From positions 1,280,001 to 1,344,000 of the forward strand of contig OZ242311.1 of the NCBI GenBank assembly GCA_965207885.1: a stretch of 64,000 bases of DNA. The letters run 5' to 3'. Numbering within the stretch: the first letter of the stretch is position 1; each line of letters begins with the position of its first letter. This DNA comes from Candidatus Latescibacterota bacterium. GTDB taxonomy: Bacteria; Latescibacterota; UBA2968. Positions 1 through 10,461 of the stretch are shown in pieces. Position numbers and translations under genes: made by a program. The notes beneath the pieces were generated by a model. It was not told the origin of the DNA and made no database searches. It saw only the letters and a program-made list of their open reading frames with translations.

Positions 1-906
1 GCGGATATGCTCAATCATTGCACCATAGGTTTTGCCCGCATAAACGGGGTCCAGCAACAACCCTTCGGTTTGCGCGGCCAATAATACGGCCTCTTGCGCC
101 CCGGGCGTCAGTACACCATACGCCGGTCCCGCGTATTTGCCATAACTCTCAAAATCATCTGCCGTAAAACTCAGATCCAAATCCAGAATTTTACACACCT
201 CATTTGCCACCTCGGCGAGTTGCACATTCTTTTTGGCATCATCCTGTGGACTTGGACTTATGCCAATAATCCGCACATCAACACCCAGTGCTCTTGCCCC
301 AACGACAAGCCCGGTATGCGTATGCACACCCGCACACACATAGATGGCATCGGGTATCACATCCATTGCCTGCACCTGCTCCCACAATTCCAAAAACCCA
401 TCCACATAAGACACGCTGCGATAATAATACCCATCCGAACTCGTATTATAGACCCTGTGTCCATCGGTCTCTAACTTTTCAATGACGGCTACCTTCTCCT
501 GCTCGCTCTCAATCAAATGCACCTCTGCGCCAAACAGATGCGTGAGCAACAAATTGCCATTCACGGGATCTGCATGGTCATCCTTGCGCCCCACCATCAC
601 CGCCTTCAGACCCAGCCTCGCCGCAACCGCTGCGGTCAACCGCGACTGATTCGACTGCGACGCCGCGCCGTGAAGCAACACATCATATCCTTCATCCACA
701 GCGGGTGCTACGGAATATTCAAACTCGCGCACCTTATTCCCCCCAAACGCCAGCCCCGTCTGATCCTCGCGCTTGACCAGAATGCGCGGTCCGCCCAGCT
801 TTGCCGCCAACCTCGGGCAATCCATCAACGGCGTGGGCAAATCGGCAAGCGACAATCGGCTGCACGTCCCCAACGCCTCTCGAACCTCTCGAATCGAATA
901 GCTCAA
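1..906 (-). CDS. D-cysteine desulfhydrase/ACC deaminase family PLP enzyme (3' end runs off window)
   Basis: Not in ORF track. Manual translation gives LPTPL..KREDQTGLAFGGNKVRK, QSNQSRLTAA, GNLLL and EGLLLDPVYAGK. TTG start 8 nt after GAGGAG. Confidence 0.85.
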   Translation of the reverse strand, partial: MSYSIREVREALGTCSRLSLADLPTPLMDCPRLAAKLGGPRILVKREDQTGLAFGGNKVREFEYSVAPAVDEGYDVLLHGAASQSNQSRLTAAVAARLGLKAVMVGRKDDHADPVNGNLLLTHLFGAEVHLIESEQEKVAVIEKLETDGHRVYNTSSDGYYYRSVSYVDGFLELWEQVQAMDVIPDAIYVCAGVHTHTGLVVGARALGVDVRIIGISPSPQDDAKKNVQLAEVANEVCKILDLDLSFTADDFESYGKYAGPAYGVLTPGAQEAVLLAAQTEGLLLDPVYAGKTYGAMIEHIR

Positions 907-923
907 GGGTATCACTCCTCTTT

Positions 924-1970
924 TTAATTTTCTAATTCAACCGCCTGAAGCAGGGCCTGGATAAAGCCAAATTGAAAGGCAAATGCCTGTTCGAAATGCC
1001 CTTGCGCAGTGTGGCCTGGCGCGTGATCGGGAACAATCATGTGTGGATAGCCCACTTCCTTGAGCGCTTTCATCAGGACAAACATATTCATATCGCCCTC
1101 ATCCGGATAAACCTCCTGAAACTTGTTGCGCCCACCCGTTATATTGCGGAAGTGGATGAGGTTAATTTTTTTTCGCTTCCCAAAATAGCGAATAATATCG
1201 GCCACCTCATTGCGCGGATCCACAACGCTCTCCGCCATGCAACCGAGGCACAGATTGAGACCGTGATAAGGACTTGGGCAAATATCTATAAAACTCTTGA
1301 ACCCATCGTATCCACCCAGCACGCGATCAACACCTTTGTAACCCGGCGGCAACCAGGGATCGCACGGGTGACAGGCCATACGCACTTTGCATTCGGTGGC
1401 AACGGGAATAACGCGCTCCAAAAAAAACGTAATATTTCCCCAGTTCTGTTCCGCTGTAACCGGTTCATCATACCGCGACGTATCCGCATCGGCCTTAGAC
1501 AAATCCCACGTGGAATAGCGCACATCCCCTCGCCCGAGCGGAACGCTTTCAGTACGTTGATTTTCCATTTCGCAGAGAAAATACTTCAGCGCGGGAATAC
1601 CCGCATCTGCGGCAGCCCGCACCATATCGCAGGCGATCTCGATTTCTTTTTCCCCGTCTTTCCTATTCCCGCGCATAAACTCGGGCACAAAACTGCCATC
1701 GACATTCAGATGTTGCACCGGCAATGCCACCATTTCCACGGTAATACCGTGTTTTGCAGCTTTTTCTTTTTTTTCTACAATTTCTTCCACTGTCCAGCCG
1801 CGACTCGGATCTGACGTAATTTCTCTGGCGTCATTGAGCGCCATATTTGTAACGCCACATCGCGCGAGAAATTCGAGATGCTCATCCGACGTGGAAAAAC
1901 GCTGTGTACCAATGTGCATGCGCGGATTCTCCGGATCCCATTCTACGCCTGCATACATTTCGGCTGCCAT
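924..1970 (-). CDS. uxuA: Mannonate dehydratase family protein
   Basis: Motifs FLERVIPVA..VRMACHPCDP, HFRN, EGDMNM and PDH. ATG follows GAGGAG. Confidence 0.8.
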   Translation of the reverse strand: MAAEMYAGVEWDPENPRMHIGTQRFSTSDEHLEFLARCGVTNMALNDAREITSDPSRGWTVEEIVEKKEKAAKHGITVEMVALPVQHLNVDGSFVPEFMRGNRKDGEKEIEIACDMVRAAADAGIPALKYFLCEMENQRTESVPLGRGDVRYSTWDLSKADADTSRYDEPVTAEQNWGNITFFLERVIPVATECKVRMACHPCDPWLPPGYKGVDRVLGGYDGFKSFIDICPSPYHGLNLCLGCMAESVVDPRNEVADIIRYFGKRKKINLIHFRNITGGRNKFQEVYPDEGDMNMFVLMKALKEVGYPHMIVPDHAPGHTAQGHFEQAFAFQFGFIQALLQAVELEN

Positions 1971-2003
1971 GGTCAAATCTCCTCAATCTTCACACTTTTT
2001 GTA

Positions 2004-2027
2004 TCTTTGTGTCCTTGTGTCTCTGTG
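2004..2027. repeat. Three imperfect 8-nt tandem units TCTTTGTG/TCCTTGTG/TCTCTGTG in a divergent intergenic region
   Basis: Seen directly in sequence. Confidence 0.5.
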
Positions 2028-2155
2028 TGAGGCCCTCTCACGCCTTATGATAATGCAAGAAATTCTGGATAGCAACATGATTGGGGATTGTGAGAGGTGT
2101 AAAATTGTTGTATCTTCTCACTCCTCAAGTCCACCCCTATAAACTGGAGCTTTTT

Positions 2156-3394
2156 ATGCGAGTCGAAATCAACAAACACGCCCTGGATCGCGTGCCGATC
2201 TCGATAATTTTTGATGACTCGACTGTACTGGTAAATCTGAACTATTTTTTCATGCGAGACCGCCAGGCTGTAGATGGCACGGATTATCGCTGGGAAGATG
2301 TACCTGTGGTACATCCGGAATCGTTCACGCGCGAATTTGCCGAGTTCTGCTTGGAAAACGATGTAAAAGGCAAATTCAGTGTGGTCCCATGCCCCGCTGC
2401 GATTGGGCGAATAGACCATGGACTCCCCCTGTTCTCCAAAGCGCAGCAAGAAAGCTGGTTGGCGATGTGTCGGGAACTGATTATGCCCAACTACGACATC
2501 ACCCCGGAAATGATCACACACACCTTTGTGGTAGATCTGGAAACATTGCAACCTGTTGATCCAAACTTGTGGGAACAATGGGGATGGAACAATCTGCCAA
2601 CCGACGAAGAAGAGCGGGTAACAAATTATATCGCGCTGGCGTGTGAGATCTTGCACAATGTGGGCCTGACACCTGCAGGTGTCACAAGCCCGGGAGGATT
2701 TGGCAATCCAATAGACTTTTATGCAAAATGTGCGGAAAACGCCGTGCGAAGCGTAACGGGCAATCCAACACCGTATCTATTTAAGCGCGTATCGTCCAGT
2801 GGTCCGGTAGATTGCCCGGTGTGGTATCCCAAACCCGAACGCGGCGAAGCAATGGGTGAAGTGATCGCAGCGACGGGTGACCGCACGGGATCGTGGACCG
2901 GATATGGCGAAGTAGATGTAGATTATTACATCTCATCGGATCTTCAAGGTGGGCGTTTGCCCGAAGTCATCGACGCGGGCGACCCTGCCGTGATGATCAG
3001 CCACTGGCAGGGATTTTACGGAATACACAATGAAGACCACCGCGGGTTTCGGGCGTTTCAGACCATTGTGCGGCGGCTCAAAGAACGCGACCCCAATGGC
3101 GAGAAATCGCAATGGCGCAAATGCAGTGAAATTACCAATTATGCAATCGCGCGCGAAATGGCTGATGTCGCGGTAGAAGAAAAAATAATAACACTCGATT
3201 TACCCGTACAGGTGCCCGAATTCACATTGCGATTGCGCGATATAACAGTTGCAGGCGTAAAAATAAACGACAAACCCCTGACACCCGCGCTGACGAAAGC
3301 GGCCTTTCGAGATGGCACATTTTATCGAGATGGCGATATAACACTGGTAGCTTTCACGCCCGAAGGCCGAAATGTCAGAGTTGAAATAGAATAA
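2156..3394 (+). CDS. Hypothetical protein, possibly polysaccharide-deacetylase-like barrel
   Basis: Long ORF with GGAG RBS before ATG 2156. ISIIFDD start motif, KGKFSVVP, TSPGGFG and SHW resemble the NodB/GH57-type barrel. Confidence 0.6.
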   Translation: MRVEINKHALDRVPISIIFDDSTVLVNLNYFFMRDRQAVDGTDYRWEDVPVVHPESFTREFAEFCLENDVKGKFSVVPCPAAIGRIDHGLPLFSKAQQESWLAMCRELIMPNYDITPEMITHTFVVDLETLQPVDPNLWEQWGWNNLPTDEEERVTNYIALACEILHNVGLTPAGVTSPGGFGNPIDFYAKCAENAVRSVTGNPTPYLFKRVSSSGPVDCPVWYPKPERGEAMGEVIAATGDRTGSWTGYGEVDVDYYISSDLQGGRLPEVIDAGDPAVMISHWQGFYGIHNEDHRGFRAFQTIVRRLKERDPNGEKSQWRKCSEITNYAIAREMADVAVEEKIITLDLPVQVPEFTLRLRDITVAGVKINDKPLTPALTKAAFRDGTFYRDGDITLVAFTPEGRNVRVEIE

Positions 3395-3407
3395 CTGGAA
3401 AACAAGA

Positions 3408-5483
3408 ATGACAAAAGCAAAACTCAAACGAGAAATCGGCTTACTCGGCGTCTATGCCATAGCAACGGGCACGACCTTGAGCGCGGGATTCTTTTTATTG
3501 CCAGGACTGGCTGCCGAACAGGCCGGTGCGGCCATCGTACTGGCCTATATCGTCGCCGCTACGCCACTCGTACCCGCGATGTTCAGCATTATAGAACTGG
3601 CAACCGCTATGCCCCGCGCGGGTGGCGTGTATTATTTTTTAGACCGGTCACTCGGACCCTGGATGGGCACGCTTGGAGGCATTGGCACCTGGCTGGCACT
3701 CGTATTAAAAGTATCATTCGCACTCGTGGGCATGGGAGCGTACATCGCACTTTATGTACCCGAGTTGCCAATGACCCCCGTAGCCGTCGCAATTGCGGTT
3801 GGACTCGGCATACTGAATTTATTGGGCGCGCAGAAAAGCGGTGGATTTCAGATGGCACTGGTACTGGGTTTGTTGATGATCCTGGGGATATTTATCGGAG
3901 GAGGCGTACCCAATATTGAACAGGCGCGATTGACCGCGATATTCGAGGCAGATGTCCAGACGATTTTATCCACAGCGGGCCTGGTCTATATCAGTTATGT
4001 CGGCGTGACAACCGTAGCGAGTTTATCAGAAGAAGTAAAACATCCCGAGCGCAATTTGCCTCTGGGCCTCATCTTCTCATTGATCACAGCCGTTCTGGTC
4101 TATGCTCTCGGCACGGGCGTCATGGTCGGTGTATTGCCGCTCGAGCAACTGGTGGGAGATTTAACGCCCGCTGCCTCAGCAGCCAAAGCCGTATTTGGCG
4201 ATTGGGGCGCAATAATCATCTCCCTGGCAGCCCTCCTCGCCTTTACATCGGTTGCCAATGCCGGAATGCTTTCGGCTTCTCGCTTTCCTCTGGCAATGAG
4301 CCGAGACCACATGATGCCGAGACTTTTTCAGCATTTAAATACAAGAGGCGCACCCGTTCAAGGGGTATTGGTTACCATGGGCGTAATTGTTTTAATCCTC
4401 ATCTTTCTCGACCCAACCAAAATTGCCAAATTGGCCAGTGCGTTTCAATTATTGATGTTCGCGCTGGTATGCCTGGCGGTAATTGTCATGCGCGAAAGCG
4501 GATTGGCTTCCTACGACTCGGGATATCACTCACCACTGTACCCGTGGATGCAGTTATTCGGCATGTTAGCGTCGTGTACCTTGATTGTCCAGATGGGCTG
4601 GTTACCATCCCTATTTTCTGTCGCGCTGATCCTGCTGGGAACGATTTGGTACTTTAAATTTGCCCGGGACAAGGTCAACCGAGACGGCGCAATTTACCAC
4701 ATGTTTGAACGCTGGGGACAAAGGCGACACACCGGCCTGGATGTCGAACTGCGGAGTATCCTGAAGGAAAAGGGATTGCGCGACGAAGATCCCTTCGAAG
4801 AGATCGCAGCGCGAAGTTTGGTCATCGATCTGGATCGCCCGGCCGAATTTGAGGATATAGTCCGACAGGTATCGAAATGGTTATCGGATCGCGTACCACA
4901 CACCGTAGATGAAATCGAGAAACAATTGCTGGACCGCACGCATATTGGATCGACACCCGTGACACACGGCGTGGGATTGCCACATCTGCGAATTGATGGA
5001 ATCGAACACTGCGAAATGGTCCTCGTGCGATCACTGCCGGGTATTCACATCCAATTTACAGATCCACTGACCGAGCACGAAGTAGAAGCGCAGCTAACCG
5101 CGCTCTTTTTCTTATTCAGCCCAGAACACGACCCGTCACAGCACCTGCGTATCCTGGCACAAATCGCGCGGCGCGCAGACGATGAAAACTTCTTGCGCGA
5201 ATGGCACTCTGCCAGCGATGAAGTCGAGTTAAAAGAAGTCCTGTTGCGCGACGAAGCCTTTTTATTATTGACATTGCGCCGCGATCGCGCAACCGCCGAC
5301 CTCATTGGCCGCGCCCTGATCGAGACAGATTTTCCAGAAGGCTGTCTCGTGGCAATGTTGCGGCGTGGCGGGCGCATGGTGATTCCCCGCGGCAATACCG
5401 TACTGCAAGAAAATGATCGATTGACAATTTTGGGAAATAATGAAGGCTTGCGCAACCTCGAAGCGCGATTTGGCGGGCGGTGA
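3408..5483 (+). CDS. APC-family amino acid permease fused to PTS EIIA-like and TrkA-C domains
   Basis: About 12 hydrophobic segments with GFFLLPG, PRAGG and EEVKHPERNLP. EIIA motif GSTPVTHGVGLPH..HLRILAQIAR. C-terminal RCK-C (VIPRGNTVLQENDRLTILG). Confidence 0.85.
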   Translation: MTKAKLKREIGLLGVYAIATGTTLSAGFFLLPGLAAEQAGAAIVLAYIVAATPLVPAMFSIIELATAMPRAGGVYYFLDRSLGPWMGTLGGIGTWLALVLKVSFALVGMGAYIALYVPELPMTPVAVAIAVGLGILNLLGAQKSGGFQMALVLGLLMILGIFIGGGVPNIEQARLTAIFEADVQTILSTAGLVYISYVGVTTVASLSEEVKHPERNLPLGLIFSLITAVLVYALGTGVMVGVLPLEQLVGDLTPAASAAKAVFGDWGAIIISLAALLAFTSVANAGMLSASRFPLAMSRDHMMPRLFQHLNTRGAPVQGVLVTMGVIVLILIFLDPTKIAKLASAFQLLMFALVCLAVIVMRESGLASYDSGYHSPLYPWMQLFGMLASCTLIVQMGWLPSLFSVALILLGTIWYFKFARDKVNRDGAIYHMFERWGQRRHTGLDVELRSILKEKGLRDEDPFEEIAARSLVIDLDRPAEFEDIVRQVSKWLSDRVPHTVDEIEKQLLDRTHIGSTPVTHGVGLPHLRIDGIEHCEMVLVRSLPGIHIQFTDPLTEHEVEAQLTALFFLFSPEHDPSQHLRILAQIARRADDENFLREWHSASDEVELKEVLLRDEAFLLLTLRRDRATADLIGRALIETDFPEGCLVAMLRRGGRMVIPRGNTVLQENDRLTILGNNEGLRNLEARFGGR

Positions 5484-5498
5484 GTCCCTGCAACGAGA

Positions 5499-7043
5499 TC
5501 ACCCGTAGAGACGGCCAACAGTCTCGGGGTGTTTGCGAGCCTCGCGCATGAGGCGATTGCCCCATGTTGTGGGATATTTTCCCGTGACGCACCCCAGACA
5601 CAGGGTATCTGTTTCACACCCAATGCTGGAACCCAGATCGGGGACATCGAGGTACCTCAGGCTATCGACATCGAGATCGATAGCCATTTTTTTTAGCGTT
5701 TGTGTGCTGGGCAAACCGCGGTATCGCACCGGAACGTGTTCGGGGGCAAAGAGTTCGTCCAAAGTGGACATATCAATGCCGTAAAAACACGGCGCAACAA
5801 TGGGCGGACAGGCCACGCGCACGTGCACCTCGGTCGCGCCGCCGATATCGCGCACCTGATGGGCAAGGGTGCGAAGCGTGAGGGAGCGCACAATAGAATC
5901 TTCCACGAGGAAAACGCGCTTGCCCGATAAAACAGAAGCCAATGACGTGTATTTGCTCTTGGCACTCTGCGAGCGAGTGGTTTTGGGCTGGATAAAAGTG
6001 CGCCCCACATAGCGATTGCGAATCACACCTTCCATACAGGGCATATTCAGGTGGTGGGCATAGGCATCGGCTGCTGCTTTGGCCGTATCGGGAACGGGCA
6101 CAACCACACATGAATCGTCAATTTTCTGGCTTTCTTTCTCGGCCAAAATACGACCGGCCTCAGCGCGAGAAGTATAGACGCTGAGGCCATCAATTTCACT
6201 GGCAACATTGGAAAAATAGACCCATTCAAAAAAGCAACGAGCTGTTTTTTTCGGTTCCGTATAGCGCGCAACGCGCAAGTCACCATTTTCGACAATCACC
6301 ATTTCGCCGGGTTCGAGCCATTTTATATCGTTAAAACCGAGGTTAGAAAGAGCCGTTGATTCATTGGCTGCGGCAAAGAGATGGCCTTTCACCCCCCAGC
6401 ACATGGGATGCAAACCGAGCGGATCGCGCGAGACGAACATGCGCCCCGAGGCATCGAGAAAAGCGATATTATAAGCACCGTCAAAATCGCGGGAAAGCGA
6501 GCGCATCACATCGGCCAGATCGGGTGGGTTTTCACCTTTCAATCGATACGCCAGGGTGTGCATGATAATTTCGGTATCGATATTGAGGGTAAAGTGATAC
6601 CCCTGCTTGGACAACAGGCGTTCGCGCAACAGCGTGTAATTGGCCAGATTGCCATTAAAAGCCAGACTAAACCATTTCCAAATACGCCCGTGCTGCCGTT
6701 CAAAGGGCTGTGCATAGCCCACATCGTCTTCGCCACTCGTAGCATAGCGCGTATGTCCAATCGCAGCAATCCCTGCATATTGGTTGATAATAGACTGGAA
6801 TTTACCGGGATGCGACATGCGGAAGGCTTCGGTAACACCACCCAGATCTTTAAACGTGCGCAACAGGTGATCGCGATTGGGGTGATAGGCGCAATACCCC
6901 GCGGCGAGTTGTCCCCTGTTTTGGAGGTCGAGCAACATACTCGGCATAAGTGACGCAACATTTTCAAAATCATCGGTATCGCCGTTTCCCTTGAGCCAGT
7001 AGAGGGCTGCCACGCCGCATTCGTGGCCGATATCTTCGCTCAT
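5499..7043 (-). CDS. purF: Amidophosphoribosyltransferase
   Basis: HECGV, LQNRGQ, GHTRYAT, CFFEWVYF, NRYVGRTFI, VEDSIVR and PCFYGID. Confidence 0.95.
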   Translation of the reverse strand: MSEDIGHECGVAALYWLKGNGDTDDFENVASLMPSMLLDLQNRGQLAAGYCAYHPNRDHLLRTFKDLGGVTEAFRMSHPGKFQSIINQYAGIAAIGHTRYATSGEDDVGYAQPFERQHGRIWKWFSLAFNGNLANYTLLRERLLSKQGYHFTLNIDTEIIMHTLAYRLKGENPPDLADVMRSLSRDFDGAYNIAFLDASGRMFVSRDPLGLHPMCWGVKGHLFAAANESTALSNLGFNDIKWLEPGEMVIVENGDLRVARYTEPKKTARCFFEWVYFSNVASEIDGLSVYTSRAEAGRILAEKESQKIDDSCVVVPVPDTAKAAADAYAHHLNMPCMEGVIRNRYVGRTFIQPKTTRSQSAKSKYTSLASVLSGKRVFLVEDSIVRSLTLRTLAHQVRDIGGATEVHVRVACPPIVAPCFYGIDMSTLDELFAPEHVPVRYRGLPSTQTLKKMAIDLDVDSLRYLDVPDLGSSIGCETDTLCLGCVTGKYPTTWGNRLMREARKHPETVGRLYG

Positions 7044-7052
7044 AAAAATCTC

Positions 7053-8162
7053 CTATCCCAATGCCTGATTCTGCATATAATGAATCCCAGCAACGATTTC
7101 TTCGCGCGTCACATCATCTCGTGGCACAATTTTCCCAATCCGCTCGGGCAATACAAAGCGGATGACACCGTCCCGCGCTTTCTTATCGCTTGCCATTCGC
7201 GCCAACACCTCATCGACCTTCAAATCGGGCACACCCCTGGGAATGCCCAAACGGGCAATAAGTGCATTTTGCCGCTCAAACGCATCTTGCGACCACATCT
7301 CCTTTTGCACAGCAATATACCCTGCAGCCAGCATCCCCAAACACACCGCCTCGCCGTGTTTGTAATAATCGTAATGCGTCACCACTTCCAGGGCGTGTCC
7401 CACCGTATGGCCGTAATTCAAAATTTCGCGCAAGCCCTTCTCGGTTTCATCGGCGGCCACAACACCCGCCTTGATGCGACACTGTTGGGCAACGAGCCAA
7501 TTGATCTGATCCGCAGGCAGGCTTAAATTTACCGCACCCTCAATACAATCTTCCAAAAACGCCACCAGACCGAGATCGCGTATAATCCCGTGCTTGACCA
7601 CCTCTGCCATACCTGCTCGCACTTCGCGTTTGGGCAAAGTATCAAGTGTAGCCGTATCGATCAACACCAACTTTGGCTGGTGAAAAGCACCGATCATGTT
7701 CTTTCCCAAAACGTGATCAACAGCTGTTTTGCCTCCCACACTGGCATCGACCTGCGCTTCCAGTGTCGTGGGCACCTGCACAAAATCGACCCCCCTTAAA
7801 TACGTCGCAGCGACAAAACCAGCCATATCGCCGACCACACCACCGCCCAATGTCACAATACAGGATTTCCGATCCATTCCCGCCGCGATCAAATCGCCAT
7901 AGATCTGCGAGGCCGTCTCGAGCGTCTTGTATTGCTCCCCATCGGGCACAGTTACGACCACAACCTTCACACCGGCACGCACGAGACTCTGCTGAACCGT
8001 ATCGAGATAGAGCGCGGCAACCGTCGGATTGGTCACAATTGCCGCTGTTTCTCCCAACCCGCGTTCCGCATACAAATCCCCCAAATCGCGCAAACAATTG
8101 CGACCGATTAAAATATCGTAACTTCGATCAGCTAAATCAACCGTCACTATTTCCATTGTCAA
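7053..8162 (-). CDS. aroB: 3-dehydroquinate synthase (alternative start ATG 8156)
   Basis: GGGVVGDMAGF, QVPTTL..VDASVGGKT, KNMIGAFHQP, LNYGHTVGHA and HGEAV. Confidence 0.96.
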   Translation of the reverse strand: MTMEIVTVDLADRSYDILIGRNCLRDLGDLYAERGLGETAAIVTNPTVAALYLDTVQQSLVRAGVKVVVVTVPDGEQYKTLETASQIYGDLIAAGMDRKSCIVTLGGGVVGDMAGFVAATYLRGVDFVQVPTTLEAQVDASVGGKTAVDHVLGKNMIGAFHQPKLVLIDTATLDTLPKREVRAGMAEVVKHGIIRDLGLVAFLEDCIEGAVNLSLPADQINWLVAQQCRIKAGVVAADETEKGLREILNYGHTVGHALEVVTHYDYYKHGEAVCLGMLAAGYIAVQKEMWSQDAFERQNALIARLGIPRGVPDLKVDEVLARMASDKKARDGVIRFVLPERIGKIVPRDDVTREEIVAGIHYMQNQALG

Positions 8163-8707
8163 TCCCGATCCAGAACGCGCTGTAATTCAATAAGAGCTGT
8201 CTCTGCTGTGTCTTCGGGCGTGTGATCATTTGTCGAGGTTGCAAACGCATCTGCACGCGCATAAAAACGCTCTCGCTCTGCCATCATCACCTCAATTTTG
8301 TTTTTCAAACCCTCGTCATCCAGCCCGGCCAGCAAGGGCCTTTCATCGCGCTTGCGACTGACCCGTTCAAAAATCGTATCGACAGAAGCGCGGAAACAAA
8401 GACATACACCTGTCTCGCGAATAACCGCCCAATTTCGCTCCTGCGTAATGGCACCACCCCCGAGCGACACGACCACATTGCTCATCTTCGATGCCACGAC
8501 AACCGCCTGGTGTTCCAACTGGCGAAATGCGGTCTCACCGTCTTGTTCAAAAATCTCGGGAATAGTTTTCCCAGCAGCATCGACCAGCAATTCATCTGTA
8601 TCGACAAAGGTCCGCTTCAACCACCCGGCCAAAATGCGCCCAACTCTGGTTTTCCCAGTAGCCATAAAACCGGTGAGAAATATGGGTTTATCAGGTAGAT
8701 CAAACAC
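8159..8707 (-). CDS. aroK: Shikimate kinase
   Basis: GFMATGKT P-loop, GETAFR, LGGG and RPLL. Confidence 0.95.
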   Translation of the reverse strand: MFDLPDKPIFLTGFMATGKTRVGRILAGWLKRTFVDTDELLVDAAGKTIPEIFEQDGETAFRQLEHQAVVVASKMSNVVVSLGGGAITQERNWAVIRETGVCLCFRASVDTIFERVSRKRDERPLLAGLDDEGLKNKIEVMMAERERFYARADAFATSTNDHTPEDTAETALIELQRVLDRD

Positions 8708-8729
8708 AGCGCTCTTCCACTATACGGTA

Positions 8730-10436
8730 TCACATCTGTTCTGGCGTTTTCATCCCCAGCAAAGTTAGGCCCGATGCCAGCACCGTCTTAATCGCATAGA
8801 CCAGTGCAACGCGGGCAGCCGTCAAATCCGCTTGTTCAGAAATAACCTGATGGGCATTGTAAAACCGATTGGCGACCGTACACAATTCAATCATAAGCGT
8901 TGTCACGACAGAGGGTTCGTATTCGTCTGCAGCTTTTTGAATCTGCCCTGGAAATCGCGCAAGACACTTGACGACCTCAATGGCTTCTGGCTCATTTAAC
9001 AACGCGAAGTCGATATCCCTCGGCGGCAAAGTACCGTCATAGCGCCGCAACACGCTGCAATATCGCGCGTGGGTATATTGCAAATATGGACCGGTTTCGC
9101 CGTTGAAATTTAAAACCTCGTCCCAATCAAACACAATATCGCGCGTCCGTTTGGAATCCAAATCCGCAAAAATAATCGCACCAATGCCCACATCTCGTGC
9201 AATCTGATCACTATTGGGCAAATCGGGATTCTTATCGGCAATAATTTTTTGCGTCAACTCAATCGCGCGATTCAGCACATCTTCCAAAAAAACCACATTG
9301 CCCCTGCGCGTTGAAGCCCCACTGCCATCTTTGAATCGCAGCCGCCCAAATTGCACATGCGCGCATTTTTTTCGCCAATCGTATTCCATCAATTCCAACA
9401 CCTGAAACAACTGGCGAAAATACAGCGATTGCGCCACATCCACCACATAGAGCAATTTTTCAAAGCGATATGTTTCCCACCGATACTCCAGCGCGGCCAA
9501 ATCGCGCGTACCGTACAATGTCGCATCGTCGCTTCGCAATGCGATCAAAGGCGGCATATCCCATTTTTCCAAATCCACAATAGTTGCGCCTTCACTCTCG
9601 GTCAGCAACCCCTTTACCCGCAATCGATCCAATGTCGCGGGCATCTTATCCTGGTAAAAACTCTCCCCAGCAATCGACTCAAACCCAATGCCCAGCATAT
9701 CGTAAACGCGATCAAACTCCTTAAAACTCACATCCACGCACACCTGCCACATCCGCACGGCTTCTTCATCGCCATCTTCGAGGCGGCGAAACCAATCGCG
9801 GGCTTCTTGTTCGAGTTTGGGATTGTCTTCAATCTCCTCATTAATGCGAATATAGAGTTCCAACAACTTCTGAATGGTAATATCCGCCGTCAATTCGCCC
9901 TCACCCCAGTAATTCCACGCCAGAATCAATTTCGCAAACTGAGATCCCCAATCGCCCAGATGATTCACCCCAATCACTTCATAGCCCAATGCCCGATAAA
10001 TATTTCGCAAAGCATTGCCAATCACAGTTGACCGTAGATGGTGAATACCAAATGGCTTGGCAATATTGGGATGCGAAAAATCGATCACAACCGTCTTTCC
10101 AACACCGTGATCTCCGCGTCCGTAATCCGCACCCTGTTCGAAAACTGCCGAGAGTGTCTCCCCCACCAAATTGGTCTTCGGCACAAAAAAATTGAGATAC
10201 GGACCTGTGGGACGCACCTCGGAAATTCGCTCACCCGTCGCAATTTGTGCAGATAGTTCTTCGGCAATCAGATGGGGTGCTTTGCGAAAAATTTTGGCCA
10301 ACGTAAAACACGGCAATGCATAATCGCCCATCTCGGGTTTTGGCGGCGTTTCGATCAGCGCCCTCACATCGCCACAAGACATCTCAGTTGCTTTTGACAC
10401 CTGCAATACAATTTCTTCGACAAAAGGATTGACCAT
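8730..10436 (-). CDS. argS: Arginine--tRNA ligase
   Basis: DFSHPNIAKPFGIHHLRST (HIGH region), NHLGDWG, STRRG, GETGPYLQY and C-terminal EQM. Confidence 0.95.
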   Translation of the reverse strand: MVNPFVEEIVLQVSKATEMSCGDVRALIETPPKPEMGDYALPCFTLAKIFRKAPHLIAEELSAQIATGERISEVRPTGPYLNFFVPKTNLVGETLSAVFEQGADYGRGDHGVGKTVVIDFSHPNIAKPFGIHHLRSTVIGNALRNIYRALGYEVIGVNHLGDWGSQFAKLILAWNYWGEGELTADITIQKLLELYIRINEEIEDNPKLEQEARDWFRRLEDGDEEAVRMWQVCVDVSFKEFDRVYDMLGIGFESIAGESFYQDKMPATLDRLRVKGLLTESEGATIVDLEKWDMPPLIALRSDDATLYGTRDLAALEYRWETYRFEKLLYVVDVAQSLYFRQLFQVLELMEYDWRKKCAHVQFGRLRFKDGSGASTRRGNVVFLEDVLNRAIELTQKIIADKNPDLPNSDQIARDVGIGAIIFADLDSKRTRDIVFDWDEVLNFNGETGPYLQYTHARYCSVLRRYDGTLPPRDIDFALLNEPEAIEVVKCLARFPGQIQKAADEYEPSVVTTLMIELCTVANRFYNAHQVISEQADLTAARVALVYAIKTVLASGLTLLGMKTPEQM

Positions 10437-10461
10437 AAAAGACTACCTCTTCTCCAGTTCC

